64,000 bases of DNA from a virus (Duplodnaviria > Caudoviricetes), in IMG/VR virus record IMGVR_UViG_3300029288_000066, positions 1 to 64,000 of that record. One strand, given 5' to 3'. Shown in pieces: positions 50,105-60,378 of the stretch. The position numbers were made by a program, and so were the translations under genes. The notes below the pieces were generated by a model, which saw only the letters and a program-made list of their open reading frames with translations, made no database searches and was not told the origin of the DNA. Numbering within the stretch: position 1 is the stretch's first letter; every line of letters begins with the position of its first letter.

Positions 50105-50580
50105 AGTTGTTTCCCTTTCATTTTTTGTTCAATAGTATAGCCAATCATTTTTTTCTTATATTGCAAAATAATTTTTCTAAACTGTAAATTAAGCTTTTCA
50201 ATTTCATCAATCTTTCTCCGAACTGATACAGAATCTCTCTGTCTACTTGCTTTAGTAGAATCATCGTTTATAAATCCATCCAAACATTTATCAACTATAA
50301 TTTGCAGTTTTTTTATTTTACTAAAAATCTTTTCAATTTCTAATAAATCTTTTCTGAATTTTTTTCTTTTTCTTTCAGTGCAGTCTGGGCAAACATCACC
50401 AAGACGAATCCTTGCATAAATAGTGGCCTGCCAATTACAACCACATTTTTTATTATGACATTTCCACCAATATTGCTTTCTTGAAGTCCTCCTCACAGCA
50501 CTGGGATTAACTTTCCCATTGAGCGTGGGGTGCCAGTCAATAAAAATTTGTGGATGTTCTTTCTTTATACTGCGGGGCAT
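50101..50580 (-). CDS. zinc-ribbon domain protein
   Basis: WHPTLN..YWWKC..C..W......CPDC. Confidence 0.65.
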   Translation of the reverse strand: MPRSIKKEHPQIFIDWHPTLNGKVNPSAVRRTSRKQYWWKCHNKKCGCNWQATIYARIRLGDVCPDCTERKRKKFRKDLLEIEKIFSKIKKLQIIVDKCLDGFINDDSTKASRQRDSVSVRRKIDEIEKLNLQFRKIILQYKKKMIGYTIEQKMKGKQL

Positions 50581-51068
50581 ATTGTTTTTAAATGGGAAAA
50601 TTAATTTGGTTAAGCAAGCTGTTCAAAACATATGTGTAATCGTGGGTTATCTTTTTGATTCTTTTGCTTAAGTTCTTAGCCCATCGGGCAAATTTCTTTT
50701 CTTTCTCTTTGTCAATGTTTTTTGGCATCACCATATGTCCAGCAGTTGCTTTATTTGCTGCATTGAAAAGCTCTCTTGCATCTTTGTCCGTAAACTGTTC
50801 CATAATTTTAGATATTAATTTTTGCTTTATAACTACTGTATTTGCAAGCCATATACACCACTAAAGAGTTCCATCCCACTCAAATTTTACATCTTCTACT
50901 CTATAATCAACATCGTAAATCTCTTTTAACAACTTTACTGCATGTTGTTCATAACTACAATCTTTATTCATTTCTAAATGATATTGATTCCCGTCTACTT
51001 CCATCATCATATATTCGCCCACGAAACTATGACTCTCTATAAATCTTATTTCCATATTTGTGGTATTT

Positions 51069-51512
51069 TTAATAATTATTCTTGGTTTCTTTCTCTAGTT
51101 CTTTAATTTTTAAACTCATCTTTTTATCATATAAATGTTTTCCCTTAGCCAATACAACGACAACTTTTATCAACCCTTTTTCGTTGATGAATATTTTGGA
51201 TGGTACAATAGTAAGCCCTTTAATTTGAGTTTTTTCTCTGAGTTTTTTAATTTCCCTTTTCGTTAGAAGAAGTTTCCTTTCTCTTTTCGGCTCATGTTGA
51301 TTATAACTTGAGTTTTTATATTCAGAGATGTGAAGGTTCTTTAAAAAGATTTCATCGTCTTTTATATAACAATAAGCATCAGTGAAGCTTGCAGCTCCGT
51401 TTCTAATTGATTTTACTTCGGAACCAAAAAGAACAATCCCAGCTATAAATTCCTCTATAAAAGCAAATTCAAACCTGGCCTTGTTGTTTTTTATGCTAAT
51501 GCTATTTTTCAT
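51069..51512 (-). CDS. smpB: SsrA-binding protein SmpB
   Basis: NNKARFEF..AGIVLFGSEVKSIR, HEPKRERKLLL, GLTIVP, AKGKHLYDK. Confidence 0.93.
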   Translation of the reverse strand: MKNSISIKNNKARFEFAFIEEFIAGIVLFGSEVKSIRNGAASFTDAYCYIKDDEIFLKNLHISEYKNSSYNQHEPKRERKLLLTKREIKKLREKTQIKGLTIVPSKIFINEKGLIKVVVVLAKGKHLYDKKMSLKIKELEKETKNNY

Positions 51513-52341
51513 CCTTTTCTAGCGTTTTCTCATACATTTCGTATAAATAGTCCACAGGATGTTTTTTTTCAGCACAGGAAAAGTTTAATGCCTTTTTCAT
51601 CATCATGTCAATTATCAAAGCATGCTTTTCTTTGGGATAAACTGTGTCAAAAGAATCAGCTATTCTTTCTGGAAGGTGAAGCACGCATAATTCAAACCAA
51701 TGAATCTTTGTAGTTTGAGAAATGTTAAGAAAAGAACAAAATTCGTCAGACAAATCAATGTGGATAAGTTCCGCTTCGTACTCTGGGAACAAATCATAAC
51801 ACATTTTTAATAACTTTTCTCTTTGGTCTTTTGATAGTGCTAGTCTTTCCATTATTCTTCTTTTTCTTCGTGGGTTTTTAATATTAGGTTTGCAATCTCC
51901 ATGCTTTGGTCAAACTTGTCTTCTATAAGGGCGAATTTTTCTTTAAGCTTAAATCGTATGGGCTCCTTGAACTGCTCTTTGCTGAGCACAATCATTAGAT
52001 GGTCGATGATTTTTTTATTTAATTCATTCCTCATAGCCTGCTCCACTCTGTCTTCATCATTCTCTTTTATTATTTTAGAATACTCAGAACGAGTCAAAAA
52101 TAGCTTTTCATAATCCACGCTTTTTTCTAAAGAGTTTTTTGTAATTTCTATTATCTTTTTACAAAACTCATCATACCCATAAGCTTGAATTTCTGGGTCA
52201 ATATAGTTTATTACAGCGTTAACTGATTTTAATTTGCCCTGCCACTCCTCGAAATTCTCAACAAATCTTTCCAATAAAGATTCTTCAATAGAATCCTTCA
52301 ACCCAGCGACCATTCTCGCCTTCATAGCCCCAATCTCTTTT

Positions 52342-53067
52342 TTATTCATCACCCGCTTGTGTTATTTTGTTAATTAATTCTTTTTTTAAAATTTCTGAAA
52401 ATTTTGATAATACTTCTTGAAATATTATTACAAATATTATAAACAATATCATTTCGACAGACATGTTTAATGATATAATTATATAATAAAAAGACCACCA
52501 TAAGAGTGCTATACTAATAAAAGAAGGTATTAAAACATAAAAAAGTGATTTTTTTAGAAGACAACTTAACAGTTTGTTTTCTTCTAAAAGGAGAAGGAAA
52601 GATTTATTAATATTGGAACTGTCTTTTCTGTGTTCTTCACTTACATCTTTTGTCCTTTTTAAAACACTTATTAATTTTGGCAACAAAATATTTGCCATTA
52701 GCAGTCTTACAAATGAAAGCCCACAAGAAATAATAGCAAGTAATATGACAAATATTCCTATATGTACGCAAAAGAATAAATATAAAACTATAGACCAAAA
52801 AACAAAGAAATTATAAAAAGAACATATAAAAATTTCTTTTTTTGTGTTGGACTCTCCAAGGCTAGTTATTAACTTATCTTCAAACATACTTAAACACACT
52901 ATAAAAACAACGCCAACAAAAGCAGCTAAAATTAAAGGCCAACTGAAGCTAACAAGATAAAGGAACCATAACAGCACCGCATAAGAAAGAATTGCTGATG
53001 TGCCATTAAGAATAGCCCTGACTACAGGAATATTCTCTTTTTCTATTTTTTTAAGGAAACTAAACAT
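52342..53067 (-). CDS. multi-pass membrane protein
   Basis: about 6 hydrophobic segments. Confidence 0.65.
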   Translation of the reverse strand: MFSFLKKIEKENIPVVRAILNGTSAILSYAVLLWFLYLVSFSWPLILAAFVGVVFIVCLSMFEDKLITSLGESNTKKEIFICSFYNFFVFWSIVLYLFFCVHIGIFVILLAIISCGLSFVRLLMANILLPKLISVLKRTKDVSEEHRKDSSNINKSFLLLLEENKLLSCLLKKSLFYVLIPSFISIALLWWSFYYIIISLNMSVEMILFIIFVIIFQEVLSKFSEILKKELINKITQAGDE

Positions 53068-53086
53068 TTTTTCTATTTTAGATTGT

Positions 53087-54493
53087 TTATGCCAAACCTT
53101 TGGCCATGTTTTGAATCTGTTTTATTGAGTCTAAGGAGTCGCAAGTATTCTTGTCATCACGTAGTTCTTTAAATACTGGATGAAGCAATGAATAATTTCC
53201 AGTAGAGTCCTGAGAAAGACCACTACACTTAACCTCTAATATTGTATTCAGAAGTTTGTCTTGATTTTCTGTAATATAAAGCATCATCTTTTCATCAATT
53301 CCCGTTGGCTTCGTATTAACTACCCCATCAGAAGATGTTGCATTCACAGAAGAAATAACCTTTTCGTTTTTACCAGTTCCATAATTGAACCCTGTAATTC
53401 TAAGGTCAACGTCCATTTCAAGTTTACATTTACATTGCCAATTGGGTTTACCATCCTTCCAAGCCCCATCCTCAGCCTTGACAATTGTTCCTTCTTCTCC
53501 TCTATTGAGCATTTCTTGAAAATGCTCCATAGCTTCTTCAAAAGAACTGACCATCTTACTCTCTATTAATTTAACCCTTTGCAGAGGATTTTTATTCTCT
53601 GTAGGATTTGTATCAAAAGAAAGAATGTCTTGTAAATCTAATCGTCTAGTTATATACGATGTTGATGATTTTGCAGCAAGGTATTCCTCATTTGAAATGG
53701 TGTCCCACACGGTGTAAACTATAGAATCCAATGCACAATAATAATCCATATTATGCTCCGATTCAAATTTGATTATTTCTTTATCAACGCTTTTTCCTTC
53801 TTTTGACTTCTTCCCAATGCTTATCAGTGAAGCAATAATTCCATTACTTTCATATCGGGAAATCCCAGGAATAGTGAGTTCTCCGTTTAACACACAATCG
53901 CCTAATCGTTCCAATTCCTTCATAAACAATGGTAATACAGAAAAAACAGTTGGTTCACCCTGGCGACTTTCAAGCTCGGCATAATGTTTTTTAATAATTG
54001 CGTTGCAGTATCTTCCATCCATCTTCACGTCACTATACGCCTTTTTGCCTTTTTCAAACAACTTCTTTATAAGCACTGGGTCATATGGTTTAGCTCCCAT
54101 ATATGGAGGGTCTTCAATAAGTTTCGGAAAAATCTTGTTAATGTTTGACGTGCCCATTCCAATTTTCGGGTCTTTGTCAATAATGCGCTCAATAATATAA
54201 GCATCATCTTTTGATGTTCCTTCCAATAGGGCTTTAAGGTAATTTATTGCGGCATTTCCAGTAATTTCTCTGGTTGAGAATGCTTCTAATTTTATTACAG
54301 CCTGTTCAAGAGAATAATTAACAAATGACTGTTTATATTCTGGAATTTGCTTTATGTAAAACTTTATTCGTTTGGAGCATGCTTTATAAAGCACTTCTTT
54401 CAGCAACTCGTTGTCTTTGTAGGACGCCAAGATTTCCATTTTTTTATTAGTCGAACTTTCGGCTGCTATTTCATCAAATATTTTCTTAATCAT
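53087..54493 (-). CDS. lig: ATP-dependent DNA ligase
   Basis: KMDGRY (motif I), LNGEL, EEGTIVK, KCKLE, OB-fold SLLHPVF..R.DK. Confidence 0.9.
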   Translation of the reverse strand: MIKKIFDEIAAESSTNKKMEILASYKDNELLKEVLYKACSKRIKFYIKQIPEYKQSFVNYSLEQAVIKLEAFSTREITGNAAINYLKALLEGTSKDDAYIIERIIDKDPKIGMGTSNINKIFPKLIEDPPYMGAKPYDPVLIKKLFEKGKKAYSDVKMDGRYCNAIIKKHYAELESRQGEPTVFSVLPLFMKELERLGDCVLNGELTIPGISRYESNGIIASLISIGKKSKEGKSVDKEIIKFESEHNMDYYCALDSIVYTVWDTISNEEYLAAKSSTSYITRRLDLQDILSFDTNPTENKNPLQRVKLIESKMVSSFEEAMEHFQEMLNRGEEGTIVKAEDGAWKDGKPNWQCKCKLEMDVDLRITGFNYGTGKNEKVISSVNATSSDGVVNTKPTGIDEKMMLYITENQDKLLNTILEVKCSGLSQDSTGNYSLLHPVFKELRDDKNTCDSLDSIKQIQNMAKGLA

Positions 54494-54513
54494 AATAAGT
54501 GTTTTCTAATTTA

Positions 54514-54539
54514 TACGTAAATTTAGCTAAAAAGTTCCA
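54514..54539 (-). promoter_or_regulatory. ECF-type promoter TGGAAC-N16-CGTAT driving the DNA ligase run
   Basis: recurrent motif. Confidence 0.65.
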
Positions 54540-54886
54540 TAAGCCTTGTCGAAACAGTCATATTTTATTTCAATTTCTAATTCACCTGCACTTTTTAAAT
54601 TATCATTGGAAACAATTCTTGATAACTTTAAGTTTTTGAATCTATATCCAGGGAAATACAAAAGTTCAGTCCAAAGGCTTTTTATTTTTTCTTCTTTATC
54701 ATTCGTAAAAATAAAGAAATGTTCACTTTCTTTTCGTGCCATAGCACAAAGTTCATCCAAAGCAGCCTTTTCTTCTTGTGTTTTATAGTCAAGAGAAATT
54801 ACAAAAATAGTCTTTGTTTTCCCAATTTTTATATCCATGTTGATTTTTTTGTAAAAATAGCCTATATTTATGAAAAATCAAAATTT

Positions 54887-55027
54887 ATGGCAAAAAAAGA
54901 AACAAAGAAAATATCAATAGCGATTACCCCAGAAGTAGAAGAAAAATTAAGCAAAGGAAGTTTTAATTGCAATAAGCTTGTAAATCAACTTCTTAGGGAA
55001 TTTCTAAACAAAAACAACAAAAAATAA
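54887..55027 (+). CDS. small RHH-like protein A2
   Basis: MAKKETKKISIAITPEVEEKLSKGSFNCNKLVNQLLREFLNKNNKK. Confidence 0.7.
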   Translation: MAKKETKKISIAITPEVEEKLSKGSFNCNKLVNQLLREFLNKNNKK

Positions 55028-55049
55028 TTATGGATTTCCATAATTTTAC

Positions 55050-55078
55050 TTTTTTCTACTATTTATAATAAACAATTA
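55050..55078 (+). repeat. 29-bp repeat, copy 2
   Basis: identical to 32809-32837. Confidence 0.9.
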
Positions 55079-55156
55079 GAGTTTTCCTTCTTTTTTAAAA
55101 GATTGCTTTATATAGTTTTGTAAAGTTAGAGAAAAACGAACCAAATTATAAACCAC

Positions 55157-55333
55157 ATGGGAAGGAAAAAAATTAAACCAGAAAATAAGAAGAAAATCCT
55201 TACAATTAATATTGAATCTGATTCATATGAAAGATTCGAAAGACTAGGTATTAAAAATAAATCTAAATTCTTTAATTGGCTCTTGGAACAGCATTTTAAC
55301 GAATTAAAGTGCGAAGGGAATAGCTATGTCTAA
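55157..55333 (+). CDS. small RHH-like protein B2
   Basis: MGRKKIKPE..LTINIESDSYERFERLGIKNKSKFFNWLLEQHFN. Confidence 0.7.
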   Translation: MGRKKIKPENKKKILTINIESDSYERFERLGIKNKSKFFNWLLEQHFNELKCEGNSYV

Positions 55334-56327
55334 GAAACTAACAACAGAAGAGTTTGTTCAAAAGGCAAGAGCTGTGCATGGAAACAAATACGATTATTCA
55401 AATATCGTGTATATTAATGCCGTTACAAAAATAAAAATTAAATGTTTTATGCACGGAAATTTTAAACAATTGCCTTATGTTCATTTAAAAGGAAGCGGAT
55501 GCACTAAATGCGAAAATGATAAGAAAAAATCAACAACAAATGAATTTATAAAGAAAGCAAAAAATACTCATGGCGACAAATATGATTATTCACAGGTAAA
55601 CTATAAAAGCGCACATGCAAAAGTTAAAATAATTTGCCCTAAACATGGAGAATTTGAACAGGTCGCCAATTTGCACATTCGTGGCCATGAATGCATGCAG
55701 TGTTCTGTTAAAAAAAGGTCAACTTTAAGAGCAAAAGACTTAAAAAACTTTATTCGTGATGCAAAGAAAATTCATAGCGATAAATATGATTATTCAATTT
55801 CTATCTATAAAAACAGTGCAACCAAATTAAAGATACTATGCAAAAAACATGGTGTTTTCGAACAACGACCAGCAGACCATTTAAAAGGATGTGGCTGCCC
55901 AAAGTGTAAATCATCAAAAGGAGAAATAAAAATATTTAACATTTTTGTAAAAAACAATATTAATTTTAAATCAGAACATCACTTAAAAAATTGTAATTAC
56001 AAAAAAAAATTGTTTTTCGATTTTTATGCCATTGACACTAAGTGCTGCCTTGAAATCAACGGAATACAACACTTTAAACCAGTTGAATTCTTTGGTGGCA
56101 CGAAAGTTTTTGAAGATAATCTAAAAAGAGATTCAATAAAAGAAAATTTTTGTTTGAGACATAAACTCCCATTAATTATCTTTTGGGAAACAGGAGAAAA
56201 AACAAATAAGTGGAATTTTGTAGATTTGTTCGAAAATTGCCCATCAAAAATAAAATTTCTGTTGTTAAAAGAAAGATTTGTAGAAAAAACAAATAGTGAG
56301 TACAAAGATTTTAAATCATCTTTTTAA
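55326..56327 (+). CDS. putative homing endonuclease: three DUF723-like zinc repeats + Vsr/DUF559-type nuclease
   Basis: repeats HG.KYDYS..Y....K..I.C..HG.F.Q....H..G.GC..C; SKGE..FDFY..LEINGIQH. Confidence 0.8.
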   Translation: MSKKLTTEEFVQKARAVHGNKYDYSNIVYINAVTKIKIKCFMHGNFKQLPYVHLKGSGCTKCENDKKKSTTNEFIKKAKNTHGDKYDYSQVNYKSAHAKVKIICPKHGEFEQVANLHIRGHECMQCSVKKRSTLRAKDLKNFIRDAKKIHSDKYDYSISIYKNSATKLKILCKKHGVFEQRPADHLKGCGCPKCKSSKGEIKIFNIFVKNNINFKSEHHLKNCNYKKKLFFDFYAIDTKCCLEINGIQHFKPVEFFGGTKVFEDNLKRDSIKENFCLRHKLPLIIFWETGEKTNKWNFVDLFENCPSKIKFLLLKERFVEKTNSEYKDFKSSF

Positions 56328-57536
56328 TTATTTCTACAATCTTTTCTATCATTTCTTTCTTGTCAGAAATCGGTTTAAATTTTTCATCTATTGATTTTAA
56401 TCTGCTTCCAATATATTCAAATCCTTCGAATCCATTTTCACGTCCCATAATCATTGTAAATCCTGGAATTGTTTGTCCCTTCGCAAACCACTCTCCAGCC
56501 TCAAATCTACTTGTTCTTGCGAAACTTCTTCCAGGAATTTTCTCTGTTTCTTTGGCAAACCAAAAAACTACACACCCATGCTTGCTTGATTTATTTAAAT
56601 ATTTCGTTTCCCAATCTACTTGCTGCTCATAAATAAAATCTTTTGGTTTTTCTAATCTTCTTGGAGAACAAATGACAATGTTCCTGTTCGTTTTTATATC
56701 TTTTAACTCTTTCTTTATTTTTTCTATAAATTCTTCTTGCCAATTTTCGCAACCAGAAGCAGGCCCTGCAAGAAATAAAAATATACTTTCATTTAATTCT
56801 GAGTCAACAAATTCATACTCTTCTGGAGCTCTCAAAACTACAATTTCTCCTTTTCTATTTGCTACGTTTGCAATCGCTTCTCCAATGAACACATTAGCAT
56901 CATAGAATTTTTTTATTGCGTTATGCAAGAACAATATTTTCTCTTCGCTTAAAGGAATAAAATTATTTGCATCTGCCGAAATATTTATAATATTCCTTTG
57001 AACCAAAAAAAGTTTGTGAATGTGCCCGCATATATTGAACACGTTTGTTTTTGCATTAGTTGGAAAATGGTTAATGTAAAAAATTTTTCCATCTATTTTT
57101 ACTTCTAATTCATCGACAATCTTTTCGAAATACCTTGATAATATTTTATCATTTATTTCATATTTTGCTGTGCCTTTGCCGCTCTCATCATTTATGTTTA
57201 TATCATAATTGCCCTTCACAAGCCATTTTTCTCCATTACACTCGTTTAACATTGATAATCCGTCTAAAGTCATAGAAACATCTCCAGCCACTATGACTAA
57301 ATCTTGCTTCCCCACTGTTTTGTTCCACATTTTCACAATATATTCATTAACTTCTTTTGAGTTTTTGAATAATTCTTCACGAAAATACAAATTTAATCTT
57401 TCATCATCAAAATGCAAATCTGATATAAAAAACCTTTTTCTTTTTTTCTTTTTTTCTTTTCTGATTCTTCAATAATCATTTTCTCACGAATTTGACTTTT
57501 TACAATTTCTACAATTTGTTCTACTTTTTGTTCCAT
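56311..57536 (-). CDS. metallophosphoesterase fused to a nucleoside 2-deoxyribosyltransferase-like domain; frameshift near 57445
   Basis: FFISDLHF (just upstream of the listed start), GD, GNYD, HFP, GHIH; C-terminal LFLAGP..WQ..SPRR..QVDWE..TSRFEAG. Confidence 0.7.
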
Positions 57537-57878
57537 ATATTATCCTTTTATGTATTTAACTTCCTGGACTTTGCTTATTTCTCCATGAATTCCTTTTGGT
57601 ATTTTATTTACATGGTATCCCATATATAAGTTAGTTATAGGGCATTTAACCGAACTTAACCGACCAAGTTTTTTCAGCACCTATATTTGGATTCTTTGAC
57701 ATTTTCCATATTATTAATCTTGGATATTTAGAAAAATGTTTTGACCTTGTAATCCAAATCGTATATCTGAAAATTGAGAATACTAAATAATCAATTTCCA
57801 TTCCTTCGTTTCGCTTTCTGTTGATAATCATAATTTTAAGTTTTAATTTTTTAAAAGCAACAATGTATTTGCGCCCAT

Positions 57879-58292
57879 TTAATCTTCATCAAAAAAATCA
57901 TTAATAAGGGGCGTCCACTTATCAATTTTTCCATTTTCATCGACATCCATAATAATATAATCTCCGTACCCATTTTCTTTTGGACACATAATACTAGGAA
58001 CATAGCCATCTATTTCCTTTACGAGATTGTTATTATCATCGTATAAGGAATAAATTCCGCAGTCACAAACTTTATAATGTATTTTCGCCGTTTTCCCCTT
58101 TTCCCAGTTGATAATTATCCCACTGTCAATATCAATAACAGGACACCACACTTCTCCGATTTTACAAGGAATCAAAGTGCCACCGACATCTTCTATGCCA
58201 TTCACATCAGCATCTTCATAGTAACGAATTTTTGCTTTTACTATAAGCGTTTTAATTTCAACTTCTTTTTCGACTCTAATTATTGCTTTCAT
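57879..58292 (-). CDS. conserved phage hypothetical protein
   Basis: HYKVCDCG, GYVP, GYGDYI motifs. Confidence 0.7.
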   Translation of the reverse strand: MKAIIRVEKEVEIKTLIVKAKIRYYEDADVNGIEDVGGTLIPCKIGEVWCPVIDIDSGIIINWEKGKTAKIHYKVCDCGIYSLYDDNNNLVKEIDGYVPSIMCPKENGYGDYIIMDVDENGKIDKWTPLINDFFDED

Positions 58293-58330
58293 AATTTAAA
58301 ATAAAAATGCCCATAACTTTTAATTATGAG

Positions 58331-58362
58331 CAAAGGTATTAAAAAAAAATGTAATATACAAA
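58331..58362 (-). promoter_or_regulatory. Bacteroidota housekeeping-sigma promoter TTTG-N20-TACCTTTG
   Basis: exact consensus at the head of a long minus-strand run. Confidence 0.65.
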
Positions 58363-58363
58363 T

Positions 58364-60310
58364 TTATCTGCCGATATTTGACGCCGTTCTCGCCGCTGAA
58401 CGTTTTACTAATCCGAACCACTTCTGAATGGGCACCAATTTCATAGCCTGCTCTTTGGTAACATCGATTCCAAAGTTCGTTCTTAACAAACTCAAAAGTC
58501 TTTCTATTCCATAGAAATTTGGGTTGTCAACAAAAGATGTAACAACCTTTTTAACAAAATCATTATATATTGGTTCTCCCACTGTATCAATAATTTCTTC
58601 TTTTGTTAAGTTTGTTCTTTTGTTAATCGGGTCTTCAGCTGTAACATCTAAAATTCTGCTAATGTACTGCACATATTTGTCATAGCCAAGCTCGTCAATA
58701 ATGACATCTTTACTTACATCCAATTTGTTTTCAAATGGACTAATCATTGCTTTATCATAAAGGTCTTTTATGTATTTTTCAAACTTGTAATCACCAATTA
58801 TTTCCTTAAGCTGCTGAGCCGTTAAATCAACATCATAGTTCGATTTTAAGATTGCCAAAACACCATTTACCCCCGAAACATTATCAGAATTAATCAATTT
58901 TTCTATTATATTGATTATAAAGGCATCATATTTTTCTTTTCCTATTGTCTCTATGACCTCTTCTTTGCTTAGGTTAAGCTTTTTGTTTGAGGGGTCTTCG
59001 GAAAGTTTTTCTAATATTTTTTCAACATATTCAACATAGCTTTGTAACCCAAGCTCATCAACAATTTCCTGTTTTGTTACCTCTAATCTGTTCAGGACTG
59101 GGTTTTCCATTGCCTTGTCCAAAAGAGCTCTTATATATTCTTTATACTTTTCATCTCCAACAAACGTTTTAAGCTCTTGCTGTGTCAAATGAATATCATA
59201 GTTATCTCTTAGTTTTTGTAAAACACTTCCAAGGCTGTGAATATTATCGCTCTCTAACAATTTTTGAACTAATGCTGTCACAAACTTTTTGTGATTTTCT
59301 TCTCCAATAACTCTTTTAATTTCTTCTTGAGAAACGTTTAATCTGTTATAGGCTGGATTTTCCAACACTTTGCCCAATTGTTTATATATATATTTTTTAT
59401 ATAATTCTTCTCCAATGATTTTTTTTGCTTCATCCATGCTTATTTCCAATTTACTGTAAGATGTGTTGTCAAGATTTTTAATAAGCATATTATAAACATA
59501 CTCTTTGAATTTTTCTCCGACAAAGATGTTTTTAATCTGTTCCAGATTCAAGTCATTAGAATAACGCCAATTAAATCCTTTTAATGTTCCTTTATTTGCC
59601 ATATCTCTAAGAAAATCGTACACAAATGGTATATATTTTTCAACTGGTGGCTGATTTCTTTTACCTTTTACCTGGGTAACATATAATTTATCGGGTTCTC
59701 CATTATATGCAATGGTTACGTGTGGTTCTTTGTTTTTGTCTCTTAAAGAAAAAAGAGTTGTCGCCGAACTATCTACCCCACAATGTCCCATTGCCGCAGC
59801 CTCAACACTTGAGTTGTTTGTATGCAAATCAATCCAATAATCATTGTCTGGATACGTTTTTAATATAGTACCAGATTCATCTTCGATTTTTCCTTTCGCC
59901 TCCTTAGAAGAATTCCATTCATTTGCGTTTTCTACGGCTTCTGACAAACTATCAATTTGCCTAAGGTCTACTGGCTGCCCTGATACATTAGCGTCTTTTA
60001 TCCACTCTAAAACATAGTTTAGCTCACCCACTTTTGACCTTGAATAAGCCACCAACTCTTCCTGGTCTAACATTGGAAGGATATTCTTTATATGACCTCC
60101 CCCAGAGCCTTTTTCTTTAGCAAATTCCTTCGTAAGTATATTGCCCAAAAAAACAGAATATTTTTTATTAAACTCAAGCAAAAAATTTGACATGCCATCT
60201 GAAAAACCAAGCCCCCTCAATTTGTCTGTATCATTCTCAGTTAGCAACTCACTCTCCGAAAGTAAACCAGCCAATTTTTGGATTCTTGATTTATACTCCT
60301 CTGAAATCAT
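58364..60310 (-). CDS. PcfJ-like domain protein with tandem helical repeats
   Basis: EAAAMGHCG..LFSLRD..PHVTI..QVKGKRNQ; about 8-9 repeats of L.VS.EEI...IG.E.Y..Y...L. Confidence 0.6.
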   Translation of the reverse strand: MISEEYKSRIQKLAGLLSESELLTENDTDKLRGLGFSDGMSNFLLEFNKKYSVFLGNILTKEFAKEKGSGGGHIKNILPMLDQEELVAYSRSKVGELNYVLEWIKDANVSGQPVDLRQIDSLSEAVENANEWNSSKEAKGKIEDESGTILKTYPDNDYWIDLHTNNSSVEAAAMGHCGVDSSATTLFSLRDKNKEPHVTIAYNGEPDKLYVTQVKGKRNQPPVEKYIPFVYDFLRDMANKGTLKGFNWRYSNDLNLEQIKNIFVGEKFKEYVYNMLIKNLDNTSYSKLEISMDEAKKIIGEELYKKYIYKQLGKVLENPAYNRLNVSQEEIKRVIGEENHKKFVTALVQKLLESDNIHSLGSVLQKLRDNYDIHLTQQELKTFVGDEKYKEYIRALLDKAMENPVLNRLEVTKQEIVDELGLQSYVEYVEKILEKLSEDPSNKKLNLSKEEVIETIGKEKYDAFIINIIEKLINSDNVSGVNGVLAILKSNYDVDLTAQQLKEIIGDYKFEKYIKDLYDKAMISPFENKLDVSKDVIIDELGYDKYVQYISRILDVTAEDPINKRTNLTKEEIIDTVGEPIYNDFVKKVVTSFVDNPNFYGIERLLSLLRTNFGIDVTKEQAMKLVPIQKWFGLVKRSAARTASNIGR

Positions 60311-60378
60311 TTTTTTTGTATTTTCTCTATAAATAACCTAAATTTTTCCATATTTATTAAAAACCAAATTTTTATTAT

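Noticed and set aside
50800-51600. tmRNA or tRNA genes near smpB
   Set aside because: The flanks are fully occupied by ORFs and I recognised no tRNA-like T-loop motifs by eye; ARAGORN or tRNAscan would be decisive.
24723-57450. Programmed frameshifting at about 24730 (GGGG), 34775 (AAAA), 41580 (AAAA) and 57445 (A7)
   Set aside because: All four are repaired by adding one base to a homopolymer, the typical long-read deletion error. They cannot be claimed as recoding without raw reads.
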